Part shown: piece by piece, positions 8,534-19,318 of the stretch | Layout of the letters: each line of letters opens with the position of its first letter | How positions within the stretch are numbered: position 1 is the stretch's first letter | Assembly (NCBI GenBank): GCA_044341105.1 | Contig: JBIISI010000001.1 | Coordinates: forward strand, 1 to 57,549 | From: Rickettsiales bacterium | GTDB taxonomy: Bacteria; Pseudomonadota; Alphaproteobacteria; Rickettsiales; UBA3002 | Reading direction: 5' to 3' | DNA: 57,549 bases | Program-made: the position numbers and the translations under genes | Notes under the pieces: generated by a model | What the model was told of the DNA's origin: nothing | What the model saw: only the letters and a program-made list of their open reading frames with translations | Databases searched by the model: none

Positions 8534-11320
8534 TTAGAATTGCTGTTGCTCCATGGCGGCGAATCCATGGCGCACATTTTCCTCCATGGCAAGCACTTGG
8601 CTTAACAATTGCTCGAAATCGGCGGCTTTCATGCCTTCGGCCAGCAGGCGCTTGAGGCCAATGGGGGCGGCGTCCGTCACCGTGCCGCCGGGGGCGGAGA
8701 GGCGTTCGAGGCTGAGCAGGTCGGAGAGGAATTTTTTCGCTTCGATGAGCTGCTGTGCGCAGGTGCCGTCCATGAGGTGCAGGCTGGCGGCGCGCTCGTA
8801 CACGCGGCGCGCGCTGCGGTGCCAGAGGGTGGGGTGCGCGTGGCCGTATTTCAGCACAAGGTATTGCGCGATGAAGTCAAGATCGACCAGCCCGCCACGG
8901 ATATGTTTGAGCGCCCATGGGTTCTGCGTGGGGTATTGCTGGGCGATGCGCCCACGCATATCCACCACGTCATGGCGGAGTTTTTCCGGGTCGCGCGGTT
9001 TCAGCACATGGCGGCCCACCACCGCCATCACGCGTTCGGCAAAGAGCGGGTCGTTGGTGGCGGCGACGCGGGCTTTCACCAGGGCCATGTGCTCATAGGT
9101 CCACGCGGTTTTCTCGAAATACTGGTCGAACGCATCCAGATGCGTGGCGAGCGGCCCGTCCGATCCACCGGGGCGCAGGCGGGTATCCACCTCGTAGAGC
9201 CGCCCTTCGCGGGTGAGCAGGGTGAGGGCCGAGATGAGGCGCTGGCTGATGCGGTGCAAATGCATGCGCGCTTCGCCCGCCACGTCGTCGCCATCGTCGT
9301 AGAGGAACACAAGGTCGAGGTCGGAGCCGAAGGTCATGCCGCGCGCGCCCAGCTTGCCAAGGCCAAGCACCGCGAAGGCAACGCCCTGCAACGCCTCGCG
9401 CTGGGCGTATTCGGCCCAGACTTCCTGCATGGTGGATTGCATAATCGCTTCGGCGAGGTCGGAGAGAAAACTGCCCACGCGCTTCGGTGTGGCGATGTGC
9501 TTCAGCAGGTGCACGCCCGCCTGAAAGCGCTTTTCGTTGTTGAAGGTGCGCAGGTAGCCCATTTTCTGCTCGTAGGTATGGGTGTAGCGCAACCGCTCGG
9601 TGAGCAGGGTTTGCAGGTCGATTTTCTCGGGCAGGGGGGTAAAAAAATCCGGCTCCAGCACGGCATCGAGCAGCGCGGGGTCGTTCGACAGCACCTCGCC
9701 CAGCGCGGGCGCCGAGCCGAGGATGTCGGCGAGCAGATCGAGCAGTTCGGGCCGCGCGAGCAGCAGCGAAAAAATCTGCGCGCCGGAAGGAATGCGGTCG
9801 ATGAAGGCATCGAAATGGAAGAAGGCCGTGTCGGGGTTGGCGGTTTCGCCCAGCGCGATCAGCAGGGCGGGCACCAGCTCGGTCAGCACCTGCCGCGAGC
9901 GTTTCGAGCGGGTGGAGCGACGATGGCCGCGGTGCCAGCCCTGGATAATATCGGAGATGCGTTGCGGCTGCTGGTAGCCAAGGCGGGCGAGCGTTTGCAG
10001 CGTGTCGGGGTCGGCTTCCACGCCGGTGAATACAAGGTTGCCATCGACCGCGAGCGGTTTGGTGTCCATCATCGAATCGGTGTAGATCTGGCGCACATCC
10101 TGCAGCACCTGCAGGGTGCGCTCGGCAAAATCGGGCGCTTCCATGAAGGCGGCAATGCCATTCAGGCGTTCGGGCAGCGTGTGGGTCTGCTCGTCGTCGC
10201 GCATTTGCAGGCGGTGTTCCAGCGTGCGCAAATAATGGTAATGCGCGTGCAGGCGCGCGTTGATCTCGGGCGATACCAGATCGGCCTGGGTGAGGGCGTC
10301 GAGCGCTTCCAGCGTGCCGCGCACGCGCAAGCCCGGCATGCGTCCGCCCCACACCAGTTGCAGCGTGGCGGCATAAAACTCGATCTCGCGGATGCCGCCC
10401 ATGCCGGTTTTGATGTTATGGCCCGGCAAGGCGATCGTTTTTTGCCCGGCATTCATTTGCCGCTTGATGGAGTGAATATCCGCGATGGTCGCGAAATCGA
10501 GCGTTTTACGCCAGATAAACGGCACCAGCTCGCGCAGGAAAAGTTTGGCGGCCTGCATGTCGCCCGCCACGGGACGTGCCTTGATGAGCGCCGCGCGCTC
10601 CCAGTTCTGGCCCACGGTTTCGTAATAGCCAAGCGCCGCCGTGGTGCTGACGGCGAGCGGTGTGGACATGGGGTCGGGCCGCAGGCGAAGATCGGTGCGG
10701 AAGACATAGCCGTCGCTGGTGCGATCCTGCAGCAGCGAGGTGAGATCGGCGGCCAGCTTGTTCATGAAGATCTGCACGTTGCGCGGGCCGTGATAGGGCA
10801 CGGTGTCTTTGTCGAACAGGATGATGAGGTCGATGTCGCTGGAATAGTTCAGCTCGAACCCGCCCAGCTTGCCCATGCCCAGCACAATGATGCCACTGCC
10901 CAGCTCGGGCGTGGTTGCGTCGGCGGGGGTGATTTCGCCGCGGGCGGTGGCGGTTGAAAGAAGCGCGCGTAACGCAATCTGGATGCAGCGCTCGGCAAAA
11001 TCCGACAAGACGCGGGTGACTTGCGCGAGCGGCCATTCACCGGAAAGATCGGCGAGCGCGGTGGTGAGCGCGGCGCGCGCTTTGCGCCGGCGCAGAAACG
11101 CCATGAGGTCATCGGGCGGTGCCTGCATGTCGGCCAGCAGCGCCTGCCATGCGGCGTTCGCGTCGTGCTGCTGCCACAGCGCGAATGTGTCGGGCTCGCG
11201 CGCGATCAGGCGGGTGAGAAACGGTGAATGCTCGGTAATCAATGCACGCGCTGGCGCATCGCGCCTTGCACTTGTTTGCGCGCTGGTGCTATCACCCTCG
11301 GATGGCCCTTGAAACTGCAT
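8534..11320 (-). CDS. glnE: Bifunctional glutamine synthetase adenylyltransferase / adenylyl-removing enzyme
   Basis: About 930 aa with two nucleotidyltransferase halves (GMGKLGGFELNYSSDIDLIILF and GLGKLGARGMTFGSDLDLVFLY). Start chosen at the Met giving MQFQGPSEG...; upstream Mets are possible. Confidence 0.9.
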   Translation of the reverse strand: MQFQGPSEGDSTSAQTSARRDAPARALITEHSPFLTRLIAREPDTFALWQQHDANAAWQALLADMQAPPDDLMAFLRRRKARAALTTALADLSGEWPLAQVTRVLSDFAERCIQIALRALLSTATARGEITPADATTPELGSGIIVLGMGKLGGFELNYSSDIDLIILFDKDTVPYHGPRNVQIFMNKLAADLTSLLQDRTSDGYVFRTDLRLRPDPMSTPLAVSTTAALGYYETVGQNWERAALIKARPVAGDMQAAKLFLRELVPFIWRKTLDFATIADIHSIKRQMNAGQKTIALPGHNIKTGMGGIREIEFYAATLQLVWGGRMPGLRVRGTLEALDALTQADLVSPEINARLHAHYHYLRTLEHRLQMRDDEQTHTLPERLNGIAAFMEAPDFAERTLQVLQDVRQIYTDSMMDTKPLAVDGNLVFTGVEADPDTLQTLARLGYQQPQRISDIIQGWHRGHRRSTRSKRSRQVLTELVPALLIALGETANPDTAFFHFDAFIDRIPSGAQIFSLLLARPELLDLLADILGSAPALGEVLSNDPALLDAVLEPDFFTPLPEKIDLQTLLTERLRYTHTYEQKMGYLRTFNNEKRFQAGVHLLKHIATPKRVGSFLSDLAEAIMQSTMQEVWAEYAQREALQGVAFAVLGLGKLGARGMTFGSDLDLVFLYDDGDDVAGEARMHLHRISQRLISALTLLTREGRLYEVDTRLRPGGSDGPLATHLDAFDQYFEKTAWTYEHMALVKARVAATNDPLFAERVMAVVGRHVLKPRDPEKLRHDVVDMRGRIAQQYPTQNPWALKHIRGGLVDLDFIAQYLVLKYGHAHPTLWHRSARRVYERAASLHLMDGTCAQQLIEAKKFLSDLLSLERLSAPGGTVTDAAPIGLKRLLAEGMKAADFEQLLSQVLAMEENVRHGFAAMEQQQF

Positions 11321-11366
11321 AGACCGGGAGTGGCATAGGTTGGCGGTGAGAATCAAGCATTTCACG

Positions 11367-14300
11367 ATGTGCGCGCGCATGACGCTGTGGCTTACGCTGC
11401 TGGCGCTGATGTATGTGGCCATCTGGTTGCAGGGCGGCGCGCGCGACATGAACTGGGCGCGCCCATGGGTGGTGCAGGCGCTGAACCCCAGCGATGCGCC
11501 CTATGAAATCTCGATCGGCGACCTTGCGATCGACTGGCAGGACATTACCGATTTCGGCGCGCTGAGCGTGAAGAACATGCAGATCGCGCAGAAGGGCGGG
11601 GCGGTGTTCGCGAGCATTCCGAGCGTGGATATTACGCTCGATCCGTTCGGGTTCCTGCCGCGGCGGCGCGCGCTGCACGGCATTCGTATCGACGGGCTGC
11701 ATCTGGCCATGCTGCGCGACGAGGCGGGCATTGTGCGGCTGGGGGTCGAAGGTGTGGAAGGATCGTTACCGCTGGAGGAAGCCATTGCCTCGTTCGGCAG
11801 CGACAGTGCGGCCAGCAGCGAATATCGCGGGCGGCTGCCGTTTCGTGCGCTGACGCTGGAGAATGCCTCGCTGGTGTTCACCGACATGAAAAGCAACACG
11901 ACCTTGCAGAGCACGTCATTCTCGCTGTTCCTTGCGCGCCGTGGCTATGACATGCGCGGCAATTTGCGCCTGCCGTTTAAGTATCAGGACAAACCGGGCA
12001 GCATCGATGCAGGGCTTTACACGCAGCGCGTGGGCGATGCGCGGCTGCTGACGGTGCGCCTGCAGGAGGTGCCCGCGGCCCTGGTGTGCATGCTTGCATC
12101 CTGCCCGGCGGATTACGATTTTACTGGTCTTATCTCGGGCAAAGCGAACCTGCGCCAAACGCCGGACGAAGGGGTAAGCGGCAATTTTGCGGTGACGACA
12201 AGCAACGCGAAACTGACCGCGCTTACCTTGTTTCCGAAAACGCTGAGCCTGAAAAATGCCGCGCTTCGCGGCCAGATCGACGATGATTTTCACCGCATTA
12301 CGGTGGAGGAACTGAACCTGAAATTCCCCGATACTGACATTGCCTTCGCCGGCATGGCGGCTGAAAGCGAGGAGGGATGGCACCTGAGCGGCAAAGGCGC
12401 TGCCACCAATCTGAGCATGAAAAAGCTCTACAAATACTGGCCGCTGGTGGTGGCGCCCGACACGCGCAGTTGGGTGATGGAACATATCACCGACGGGGTG
12501 GCCGAGCGCGGGGAACTTACGCTTGATATGCAGCCGGAAGATATCACCGGCGACACGATGCGCGACGAAGCATTGGCCGCGACGATTCATGCGAAGGGCA
12601 TCGAAGTGAATTACCTGCCCGGTTTCCCGCCCGTGAAGGCGATGGACGGGGTGGTAAGCTTCACCGGCAAAACCATGAACGTTGATGCGACCAGCGGCAG
12701 CTTGCTGACCGACACGGTGGTGAAATCGGCGTTGCTGGCCTGCGACAATCTCGATAACCCGCGCGCGCCGATGACGACCACGCTGCAATTGGCGGCCCCG
12801 GCGAAGGATGTGGCAAGCATGCTGAAGCTGCCAGCCTTTACCTTCGACGACGGCATGAACCTCGACCCCGCAACGATCACCGGCACGGTGGATGCGACCC
12901 TGAAACTGGGGTTCGATGGATTTTCCGAAGCGCCACCGGGTGGGGCCGATGAGGTGGATTTCTCGAATGTGAGCTACGATATTCAGGCGGTGCTGAACAA
13001 TGTCGGCCAGCCAAAACTGCTTAGCGGGCGCGATGTCTCAGGGCTCAGCGGCACGTTGCTCGCCAACGATAAAGGCGTGGATTTCACCGGCGGCGTGAAG
13101 CTCGATGGCGGCACCGACGTGGCGCTGACGCTAAAAGATGCCGATGGTACCACCATGGCCACCGCCAAAGGCAAACTGGCGCGCCGCCAGTTCAGCCAGT
13201 TCGGCATTCCGGATGTGCCGCAGATCGGTGAAGGCAGCGTGGGCATCGATGCCGAAGTGGCGCTCGGCAAAACCACCGAGATCAAGCGCGTGACGGTCGA
13301 TCTCACGCCGATTGCGCTGAACATTCCTGAAATCAGCTACGAGAAAAAAGCCGGGGCGGCGGCGAGCCTTTCGGTCGCGCCGGCGAAGGCTGCGCGCAGC
13401 TACAGCATTAACGCCAAAGCACCCGACCTTCAGGTGAGCAACGCCACGCTGCAATTGAGCGAGGCGATGGAGGTGGCATCGTTCACGCTGGGCAAACTGA
13501 AAACCAGCCGCAACGATTTTGGGCTGAGCTACAAAACCACCGCCAATGGGTTCGATGTGAACCTCGCCGGGGCGCGGCTCGATAATTCTGCATCGTTCGC
13601 CGCGCCGAGTGAGGGCGATAGCCTGCTGGTGGATTTTCCGCCGATCAACCTCACGGTTGACCTCGGCGAGCTGGTGATGGTGGAGAAGCAGCCGCTGCGG
13701 CAGGTGAAGGGCACGCTGAACTGCAACCGCGAGCGCTGTGCCAGTGCCGATCTTTCGGCCAATGCAGGCGCGGGGAAACTGGATATTACCATTGCCACGG
13801 TCAACGGTGCGCGGCGGCTGATGATTCACGGCAGCAACGCGGGCGACCTGCTGCGCGCCACCGACGTAACCGACCGTATGTTCGGCGGCACGCTGGAAGT
13901 GCGCGGCGGCTACGACGACAGCAAAACACCGCCCGCCTTTTCGGGTCGGCTCACCATTGAGAAATTCAAGCTGAAAAATTCGGAAATCCTGGCGCGGATT
14001 ATCTCGATCGGCTCGCTCTCGGGCCTGATGAACGTGCTGACCGGCGAGGGCATCGACTTCAAGAAACTGGGTGCGGATATCGACGCGCAGGCGGGCGTGT
14101 TCACCGTGAAGAAAGGCCGCGCCGACAGCAACGCGCTGGGCCTGACGGTGAGCGGGCCGATGGACATGAAAAAACACACCATGAACCTGAAGGGCGTGGT
14201 GGTGCCGGCCAACAGCCTGAACTCGCTGTTCGGCAAGATTCCGCTGATTGGCAAGCTGGCGGGCGAGGGCGATGCGTTGATCGGCTTCACCTATTCGGTG

Positions 14301-14489
14301 AAGGGCGGCATGAGCGATCCCGATGTGTTCGTGAACCCGCTTTCCGGCCTCACGCCCGGTTTCCTGCGCAATATTTTCCTGCAGGGCGACGACAGCGCGC
14401 CCGAGCCCACGCAAACGCCGAAGCCCGAGGGCGGCGAGGAAAAAACGCCGGACATTAAACTGCCCGCCCCCGCGCCGACCAGCCGCTGA
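11367..14489 (+). CDS. Large AsmA-like / YhdP-like (DUF3971-type) envelope protein
   Basis: About 1040 aa with an N-terminal TM (TLWLTLLALMYVAIWL). The C-terminal region GVFTVKKGRADSNALGLTVSGPMDMKKHTMNLKGVVVPANSLNSLFGKIPLIGKL is typical of the AsmA_2/YhdP family. Start ambiguous among 11340 TTG, 11367 ATG and 11379 ATG. Confidence 0.8.
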   Translation: MCARMTLWLTLLALMYVAIWLQGGARDMNWARPWVVQALNPSDAPYEISIGDLAIDWQDITDFGALSVKNMQIAQKGGAVFASIPSVDITLDPFGFLPRRRALHGIRIDGLHLAMLRDEAGIVRLGVEGVEGSLPLEEAIASFGSDSAASSEYRGRLPFRALTLENASLVFTDMKSNTTLQSTSFSLFLARRGYDMRGNLRLPFKYQDKPGSIDAGLYTQRVGDARLLTVRLQEVPAALVCMLASCPADYDFTGLISGKANLRQTPDEGVSGNFAVTTSNAKLTALTLFPKTLSLKNAALRGQIDDDFHRITVEELNLKFPDTDIAFAGMAAESEEGWHLSGKGAATNLSMKKLYKYWPLVVAPDTRSWVMEHITDGVAERGELTLDMQPEDITGDTMRDEALAATIHAKGIEVNYLPGFPPVKAMDGVVSFTGKTMNVDATSGSLLTDTVVKSALLACDNLDNPRAPMTTTLQLAAPAKDVASMLKLPAFTFDDGMNLDPATITGTVDATLKLGFDGFSEAPPGGADEVDFSNVSYDIQAVLNNVGQPKLLSGRDVSGLSGTLLANDKGVDFTGGVKLDGGTDVALTLKDADGTTMATAKGKLARRQFSQFGIPDVPQIGEGSVGIDAEVALGKTTEIKRVTVDLTPIALNIPEISYEKKAGAAASLSVAPAKAARSYSINAKAPDLQVSNATLQLSEAMEVASFTLGKLKTSRNDFGLSYKTTANGFDVNLAGARLDNSASFAAPSEGDSLLVDFPPINLTVDLGELVMVEKQPLRQVKGTLNCNRERCASADLSANAGAGKLDITIATVNGARRLMIHGSNAGDLLRATDVTDRMFGGTLEVRGGYDDSKTPPAFSGRLTIEKFKLKNSEILARIISIGSLSGLMNVLTGEGIDFKKLGADIDAQAGVFTVKKGRADSNALGLTVSGPMDMKKHTMNLKGVVVPANSLNSLFGKIPLIGKLAGEGDALIGFTYSVKGGMSDPDVFVNPLSGLTPGFLRNIFLQGDDSAPEPTQTPKPEGGEEKTPDIKLPAPAPTSR

Positions 14490-14492
14490 GGC

Positions 14493-15707
14493 TTATGCCG
14501 ACTTCACCAGCACATGGCGCTTTTTGCCAGCGGAAAGCTTGATGTAGCCCTCGGCTGTCATGTCGGCATGGCTTACGCGGGTATCTTCCTGCGTGGCGGC
14601 ATCGTTCAGCTTCACGCCATTGCCCTTGATGAGGCGGCGCGCTTCGCCGTTGCTGGCGGCAAACCCTGCCTGCACCACCAGCGCATACAGCGGCACCCCG
14701 GCTTCCAGCTCGGTGGCGGGTAGCAGCAGGATGGGTAAATCATCGCTCACGCCGACACCGGCGAAGGTATCGGCAGCGGTTTTGGCGGCGCGCTCGGCCT
14801 CGGCGCGGCCATGCAGCAGGGCGGTGGCCTCGGTGGCGAGGATCTTTTTCGCTTCGTTGATTTCCGACCCTTGCAATGCTTCCAGTTTGGCGATTTCGTC
14901 GAGCGATAGTTCGGTGAACAATTTCAGGAAACGGCCCACATCGGCGTCTTCGGTGTTGCGCCAGAACTGCCAGTAATCGTAGGGCGAGAGGAGGTCGGGG
15001 TTGAGCCACACGGCCCCGGCGGCGGTCTTGCCCATCTTCGCGCCCGAGGCGGTGGTGATGAGGTTCATCGTTGCGCCGAACACGTCTGCACCGCCCATGC
15101 GGCGATTCAGCTCGATGCCCTGAATGATGTTGCCCCACTGGTCGGAGCCGCCCATTTGCAGGCGCACGCCATGCGATTTGTTCAACTGCATGAAATCATA
15201 CGCCTGTAGGATCATGTAGTTGAATTCGAGGAAGGAAAGCGGCTGCTCGCGCTCCAGTCGCAGGCGCACCGAATCCATCGTCAGCATGCGGTTGACGGAG
15301 AAATGCGGCGCGACCTCGCGCAGCATGGTGATGTAGTTCAGCCCGTCCAGCCAATCGGCGTTGTCGACGCGGATTTCGTTGCCCAGCAGGCGGTCAAAGG
15401 TGGTGCTGATGCTGGCCTTGTTGGCGGCGATGGTTTCCATGCCCAGCATCTGGCGCTGGGTGTCTTTGCCCGAGGGATCGCCGATTTTGGTGGTGCCGCC
15501 GCCAAGCAGCACGACCGGCGTATGGCCGCATTTGGCAAACCAGCGCAGCGCCATGGTGGGCAGCAGGTGGCCCACATGCAGGCTCGGCCCGGTCAGGTCG
15601 TAGCCGACATAGGCACGCTGGGGCGTTTTCAGCAGGGCGCGCAGCCCGTCCTCGTCGGTGAATTGATGGACAAAGCCGCGTTCTTTGATGATCTGAATGA
15701 AATCCAT
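14493..15707 (-). CDS. tyrS: Tyrosine--tRNA ligase
   Basis: 404 aa with the class I HIGH motif (SLHVGHLLP), a KMSKS-like motif (KMGKT) and a C-terminal S4-like domain. Confidence 0.95.
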   Translation of the reverse strand: MDFIQIIKERGFVHQFTDEDGLRALLKTPQRAYVGYDLTGPSLHVGHLLPTMALRWFAKCGHTPVVLLGGGTTKIGDPSGKDTQRQMLGMETIAANKASISTTFDRLLGNEIRVDNADWLDGLNYITMLREVAPHFSVNRMLTMDSVRLRLEREQPLSFLEFNYMILQAYDFMQLNKSHGVRLQMGGSDQWGNIIQGIELNRRMGGADVFGATMNLITTASGAKMGKTAAGAVWLNPDLLSPYDYWQFWRNTEDADVGRFLKLFTELSLDEIAKLEALQGSEINEAKKILATEATALLHGRAEAERAAKTAADTFAGVGVSDDLPILLLPATELEAGVPLYALVVQAGFAASNGEARRLIKGNGVKLNDAATQEDTRVSHADMTAEGYIKLSAGKKRHVLVKSA

Positions 15708-15722
15708 AAATCCGTCATATTT

Positions 15723-15794
15723 TTGTCATTCCTGCGACCGCAGGAATCTCCTTGGCGGGGGCAAAGGAGATCCCCGCTTGCGCGCGGATGACAA
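15723..15794. repeat. Composite family A REP element (two units in inverted orientation)
   Basis: TTGTCATTCCTGCGACCGCAGGAATCTCCTT ... AAGGAGATCCCCGCTTGCGCGCGGATGACAA. Intergenic, between divergent tyrS and anmK. Confidence 0.8.
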
Positions 15795-15836
15795 TTTCTT
15801 AATGCTGGCGCTGTACATACCGTGTGAAAGACAAGA

Positions 15837-16982
15837 ATGACAAGTGGTATCGAATTCCCGGCCTACGTGATCGGGTTGATGAGCGGCACCTCGGCCGACG
15901 GGGTGGACGCCGCGCTGCTATGGACGGACGGGCGCAGTGTGGCCCGCGCCGTTGCCAGCGCCAGCCAGCCCTACGACGATGCCTTGCGTGCGGATATCCT
16001 GGCGCTGATGCGCGGGCAGGGCGACCGCGCGCGCATCGCGCAGGCACTCACCGAAATACACCGGCAGGCGGTGGAGGCGCTCATCGGCAATAGCGGCGTG
16101 CCGCGCGAGCAGATCGCGCTGATCGGTTTCCATGGCCAGACCATCGAACATCGGCCCGAAGAGGGCTACACCGTGCAGATCGGCGATGCGCCGTGGCTGG
16201 CGGAAAAGACGGGCATTCCCGTGGTGCATGATTTTCGCAGCAACGATATCCGCCATGGCGGGCAGGGCGCGCCGCTGGTGCCGCTTTACCACGCAGCGCT
16301 AGCCCACGACCTTCCCAAGCCGGTGATGATCGTGAATATCGGTGGCGTGGCGAACTACACGTGGATTGGCGCGGGCGAATGGATCGAGGCGGCCGATTGC
16401 GGGCCGGGCAATGCGCTGCTCGATGACTGGATGGGCATGCACACCGGCGCGCGCTGCGACGAGGACGGGGCTATGGCCAAGCGCGGCATCGTGCACGAGG
16501 CAACGGTGAAGCAATTTCTGCGCGATACGTTTTTTGTGCAGAACCGCGCGCGCTCGCTGGATCGCAACCATTTCAGCATCGAATCCTTCTTTCCTGCCGT
16601 GCCCGATGTGCCGGAACGCAGCTATCGATGGGAGCAGGCGCGCAAGCAGGTGTCGATTCAGGATGGTGCGGCGACGCTCACCGCCATCACCGCGGCGGCG
16701 ATTGGCTGGTCGGCCCGCGCCGTGCCCGAGATGCCGCAGCAGTTGCTGATTACCGGCGGAGGGCGCCACAACCCGATTCTCATGAAAATGATCGCCGAAC
16801 GCGCGCATATCCCTGCGCTGCCGGTGGAAGCGGTGGGCTGGAACGGCGACATGCTGGAAGCCGAAGCATTTGCCTACCTCGCCGCGCGCAGCATGCAGGG
16901 CTTGGCGCTCAGCCTGCCCGAGACCACCGGTGTGAAGGAACCGGTGAGCGGGGGCATTGTGTGCTGGGGGAGGCGTGGTTGA
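15837..16982 (+). CDS. anmK: Anhydro-N-acetylmuramic acid kinase
   Basis: 381 aa. GLMSGTSADGVDAAL N-terminus and overall AnmK-like sequence. Confidence 0.92.
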   Translation: MTSGIEFPAYVIGLMSGTSADGVDAALLWTDGRSVARAVASASQPYDDALRADILALMRGQGDRARIAQALTEIHRQAVEALIGNSGVPREQIALIGFHGQTIEHRPEEGYTVQIGDAPWLAEKTGIPVVHDFRSNDIRHGGQGAPLVPLYHAALAHDLPKPVMIVNIGGVANYTWIGAGEWIEAADCGPGNALLDDWMGMHTGARCDEDGAMAKRGIVHEATVKQFLRDTFFVQNRARSLDRNHFSIESFFPAVPDVPERSYRWEQARKQVSIQDGAATLTAITAAAIGWSARAVPEMPQQLLITGGGRHNPILMKMIAERAHIPALPVEAVGWNGDMLEAEAFAYLAARSMQGLALSLPETTGVKEPVSGGIVCWGRRG

Positions 16983-17047
16983 GGCTTTATTGCGTTAATG
17001 ATTCGTTGTATAATCAAGTGGCGCATGAACGTCCGCTGAGGGGTGGC

Positions 17048-17827
17048 ATGGATTCGGGGAAGAGGAAAACAGCGTTTTCGCTCATTGAGCTTTCCATTGT
17101 GCTGGTCATTCTTGGGTTGCTCACCGGTGGGATTCTGGCCGGACAATCCTTGATCCGGGCGGCGGAGATTCGCAGTGTCGCTACGCAAATGTCCAATTAT
17201 CGTTCGGCGCTATACAGCTTCCGCGATAAATATTTTGGCTGGCCGGGCGATTTTACCAATGCCACGAGATTCTGGGTCAGCGCAGGCGGTACAGGAAGTG
17301 ACAATGCCTGTATTTCCCTGCAGACGACGGTGCAGGCGACCTGCAATGGGAATGGCGATGGCGAGATCATGTACCTCACGGGCAATGACCATGCAGAACG
17401 CTTCCTTGTCTGGAAACATCTCGCCAATGCCGGGCTGGTGGAGGGATCCTACACCGGTAAATCCGCCGGTGGGACGGGAACCTACGTGCAGGTGGTGGGG
17501 GAAACCAATCCCCGCGCGCGCATCAGTAACGGCTTCTTTGATGTTTCGTTCGAGAAAACCACCACCGGCATTCATTTTCCTGGCAGCACGCTGTTTCGCA
17601 ATAGCGTGAATATCTATGGCAATAACGCGACCAATGGCATTTTGCTGCCCGAAGAGGCATGGAATATCGATACCAAGCTGGATGATGGATCGCCTGTCTA
17701 TGGCGCGGTGTTTACCACCATTAAATCGGCGGCATGGGGCACCAATTGCGCGAGTTCCGATATCAATACGGCAACGTATGACCTCACGGTCAAATCGCCG
17801 AACTGCATTTTGCGCTTCGCGAATTAA
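17048..17827 (+). CDS. Prepilin-type N-terminal cleavage/methylation domain protein (type IV pilin / pseudopilin-like)
   Basis: MDSGKRKTA-FSLIELSIVLVILGLLTGGIL matches the class III signal peptide with Glu at +5. Two Cys pairs (DNAC...ATC and TNC...PNC near the C-terminus). The track ORF is over-extended into anmK. AT-richer than the flanks. Confidence 0.8.
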   Translation: MDSGKRKTAFSLIELSIVLVILGLLTGGILAGQSLIRAAEIRSVATQMSNYRSALYSFRDKYFGWPGDFTNATRFWVSAGGTGSDNACISLQTTVQATCNGNGDGEIMYLTGNDHAERFLVWKHLANAGLVEGSYTGKSAGGTGTYVQVVGETNPRARISNGFFDVSFEKTTTGIHFPGSTLFRNSVNIYGNNATNGILLPEEAWNIDTKLDDGSPVYGAVFTTIKSAAWGTNCASSDINTATYDLTVKSPNCILRFAN

Positions 17828-17839
17828 CGTCGGTCGCTG

Positions 17840-18547
17840 TTATTGCGGAATATCCGCCGGGAGGGCGCGGCGTTTGCGGTCGGGGCGCAGGCGCGGGCGG
17901 TTTTTGAATTCTTCCAGCTTGCGGTGGATGAATTCTTCCGTGGTCAGCGTCAGCGCGTCCATCTGCGTGCGGTAGTAGTGGTCGGCACCGGGGATGACTT
18001 TGTATTCCACGTTGGTGCCTTTTTGCGCGCGCAGCTTATCGACCAGCTGGCCGACGGCGGGTTCGCTCACGATGTCGTCTTTGTCGCCCTGGGTGATGAG
18101 GCCCGAGGCCGGGCACGGCGAGAGGAAGCCGAAATCGTACATATTCGCGGGCGGCGACACGGCGATGAAGCCTTCGATTTCCGGGCGGCGCATGAGCAGT
18201 TGCAGCGAAATCCACGCGCCGAAGCTGAAACCCGCGATCCAGCAGGTGCTGGCGTCGGGGTTTTGCAACTGCACCCAGTCGAGGGCGGTGGCGGCGTCGG
18301 TCATTTCGCCGATACCGTCGTCGAACTTGCCGACGGAGCGGCCCACGCCACGGAAGTTGAAGCGCAGCACCGAAAAACCCGCGCGCGCAAAGCTCGAATA
18401 CATTTTGTAGACGATTTTGTTGTTCATCGTCCCGCCATAGAGCGGGTGGGGATGCAGGATCACCGCGACCGGCGATTGTTTGTCGGGGTTGTGGTGGTAG
18501 CGGCCTTCGATGCGGCCTTCCGACCCTTGGAAAATAACTTCAGGCAT
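17840..18547 (-). CDS. Alpha/beta-fold hydrolase (small, single domain)
   Basis: 235 aa. ILHPHPLYGGTMNNK and nucleophile elbow GFSFGA. Basic C-terminal tail. Confidence 0.85.
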   Translation of the reverse strand: MPEVIFQGSEGRIEGRYHHNPDKQSPVAVILHPHPLYGGTMNNKIVYKMYSSFARAGFSVLRFNFRGVGRSVGKFDDGIGEMTDAATALDWVQLQNPDASTCWIAGFSFGAWISLQLLMRRPEIEGFIAVSPPANMYDFGFLSPCPASGLITQGDKDDIVSEPAVGQLVDKLRAQKGTNVEYKVIPGADHYYRTQMDALTLTTEEFIHRKLEEFKNRPRLRPDRKRRALPADIPQ

Positions 18548-18670
18548 GGATAATCCTTGCGTGTGTTCGCGCGATTGGCTAGGGCGAATATCTCAAACAT
18601 CAGGGGTATACAAGGGGTTTTACAACTTCATCCCCCGGAATGCGGCCGGGATGGCAAGGGAACGTTGATT

Positions 18671-19318
18671 ATGGCGACCATAAAACAGGAACTGCACCAC
18701 ATCCTCACCCGCGACCCCGCCGCTCGCAGCGTGTGGGAGGTGGCGTTGTGCTACCCCGGATTCCATGCCTTGCTGTTTTTCCGGGCGGCGCATTGGCTGT
18801 GGGGGCGCGGGGCGAAGCTGCCGGCGCGGCTGCTCAGCCAACTGGCGCGGTTCCTCACCGGCATCGAGATCCACCCGGCGGCGACCATTGGTGATTATTT
18901 CTTCATCGACCACGGTCTGGGCGTGGTGATCGGCGAAACGGCCATTATCGGTGCGCGGGTGACGATTTACCACGACGTGACACTGGGCGGCACCAGCCTG
19001 CGCGAAGGCAAGCGCCACCCCACACTGGAAGACGAGGTGGTGGTGGGCGCCGGTGCGCAGGTGCTAGGGCCGATTACGGTCGGCGCGGGCGCGCATATCG
19101 GCGCCAATGCGGTGGTGGTGAAGGATGTGCCCGCCGGGGCGAGCATGGTGGGCGTGCCCGCGCGCGAAGTGACCGGCGGCAGCCACGACAGCTTCCGCGC
19201 CTATGGCATCGACACCGATAGCGACCCCCTGCAACAGGAATTCGACCGCATGCGCCGCCAGATGGAAGAAATGGAGCGCAAGCTAAAGCCCGCCGAGGGC
19301 GAGGGAAGTGGGATTTAG
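18671..19318 (+). CDS. cysE: Serine O-acetyltransferase
   Basis: Left-handed beta-helix hexapeptide repeats ([31 protein letters not shown]...) and an N-terminal SATase helical region. The ATG at 18671 gives [12 protein letters not shown]. Confidence 0.9.
   Translation: MATIKQELHHILTRDPAARSVWEVALCYPGFHALLFFRAAHWLWGRGAKLPARLLSQLARFLTGIEIHPAATIGDYFFIDHGLGVVIGETAIIGARVTIYHDVTLGGTSLREGKRHPTLEDEVVVGAGAQVLGPITVGAGAHIGANAVVVKDVPAGASMVGVPAREVTGGSHDSFRAYGIDTDSDPLQQEFDRMRRQMEEMERKLKPAEGEGSGI

Noticed and set aside
16985-17014. A sigma70 promoter for the pilin-like gene, based on a perfect TATAAT at 17009-17014.
   Set aside because: The only TTGnnn-like -35 (TTGCGT, 16990-16995) is 13 nt away, which is too short. 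The alternative at 18 nt (CTTTAT) is poor. No sigma54 TGGCAC-N5-TTGC was seen either.
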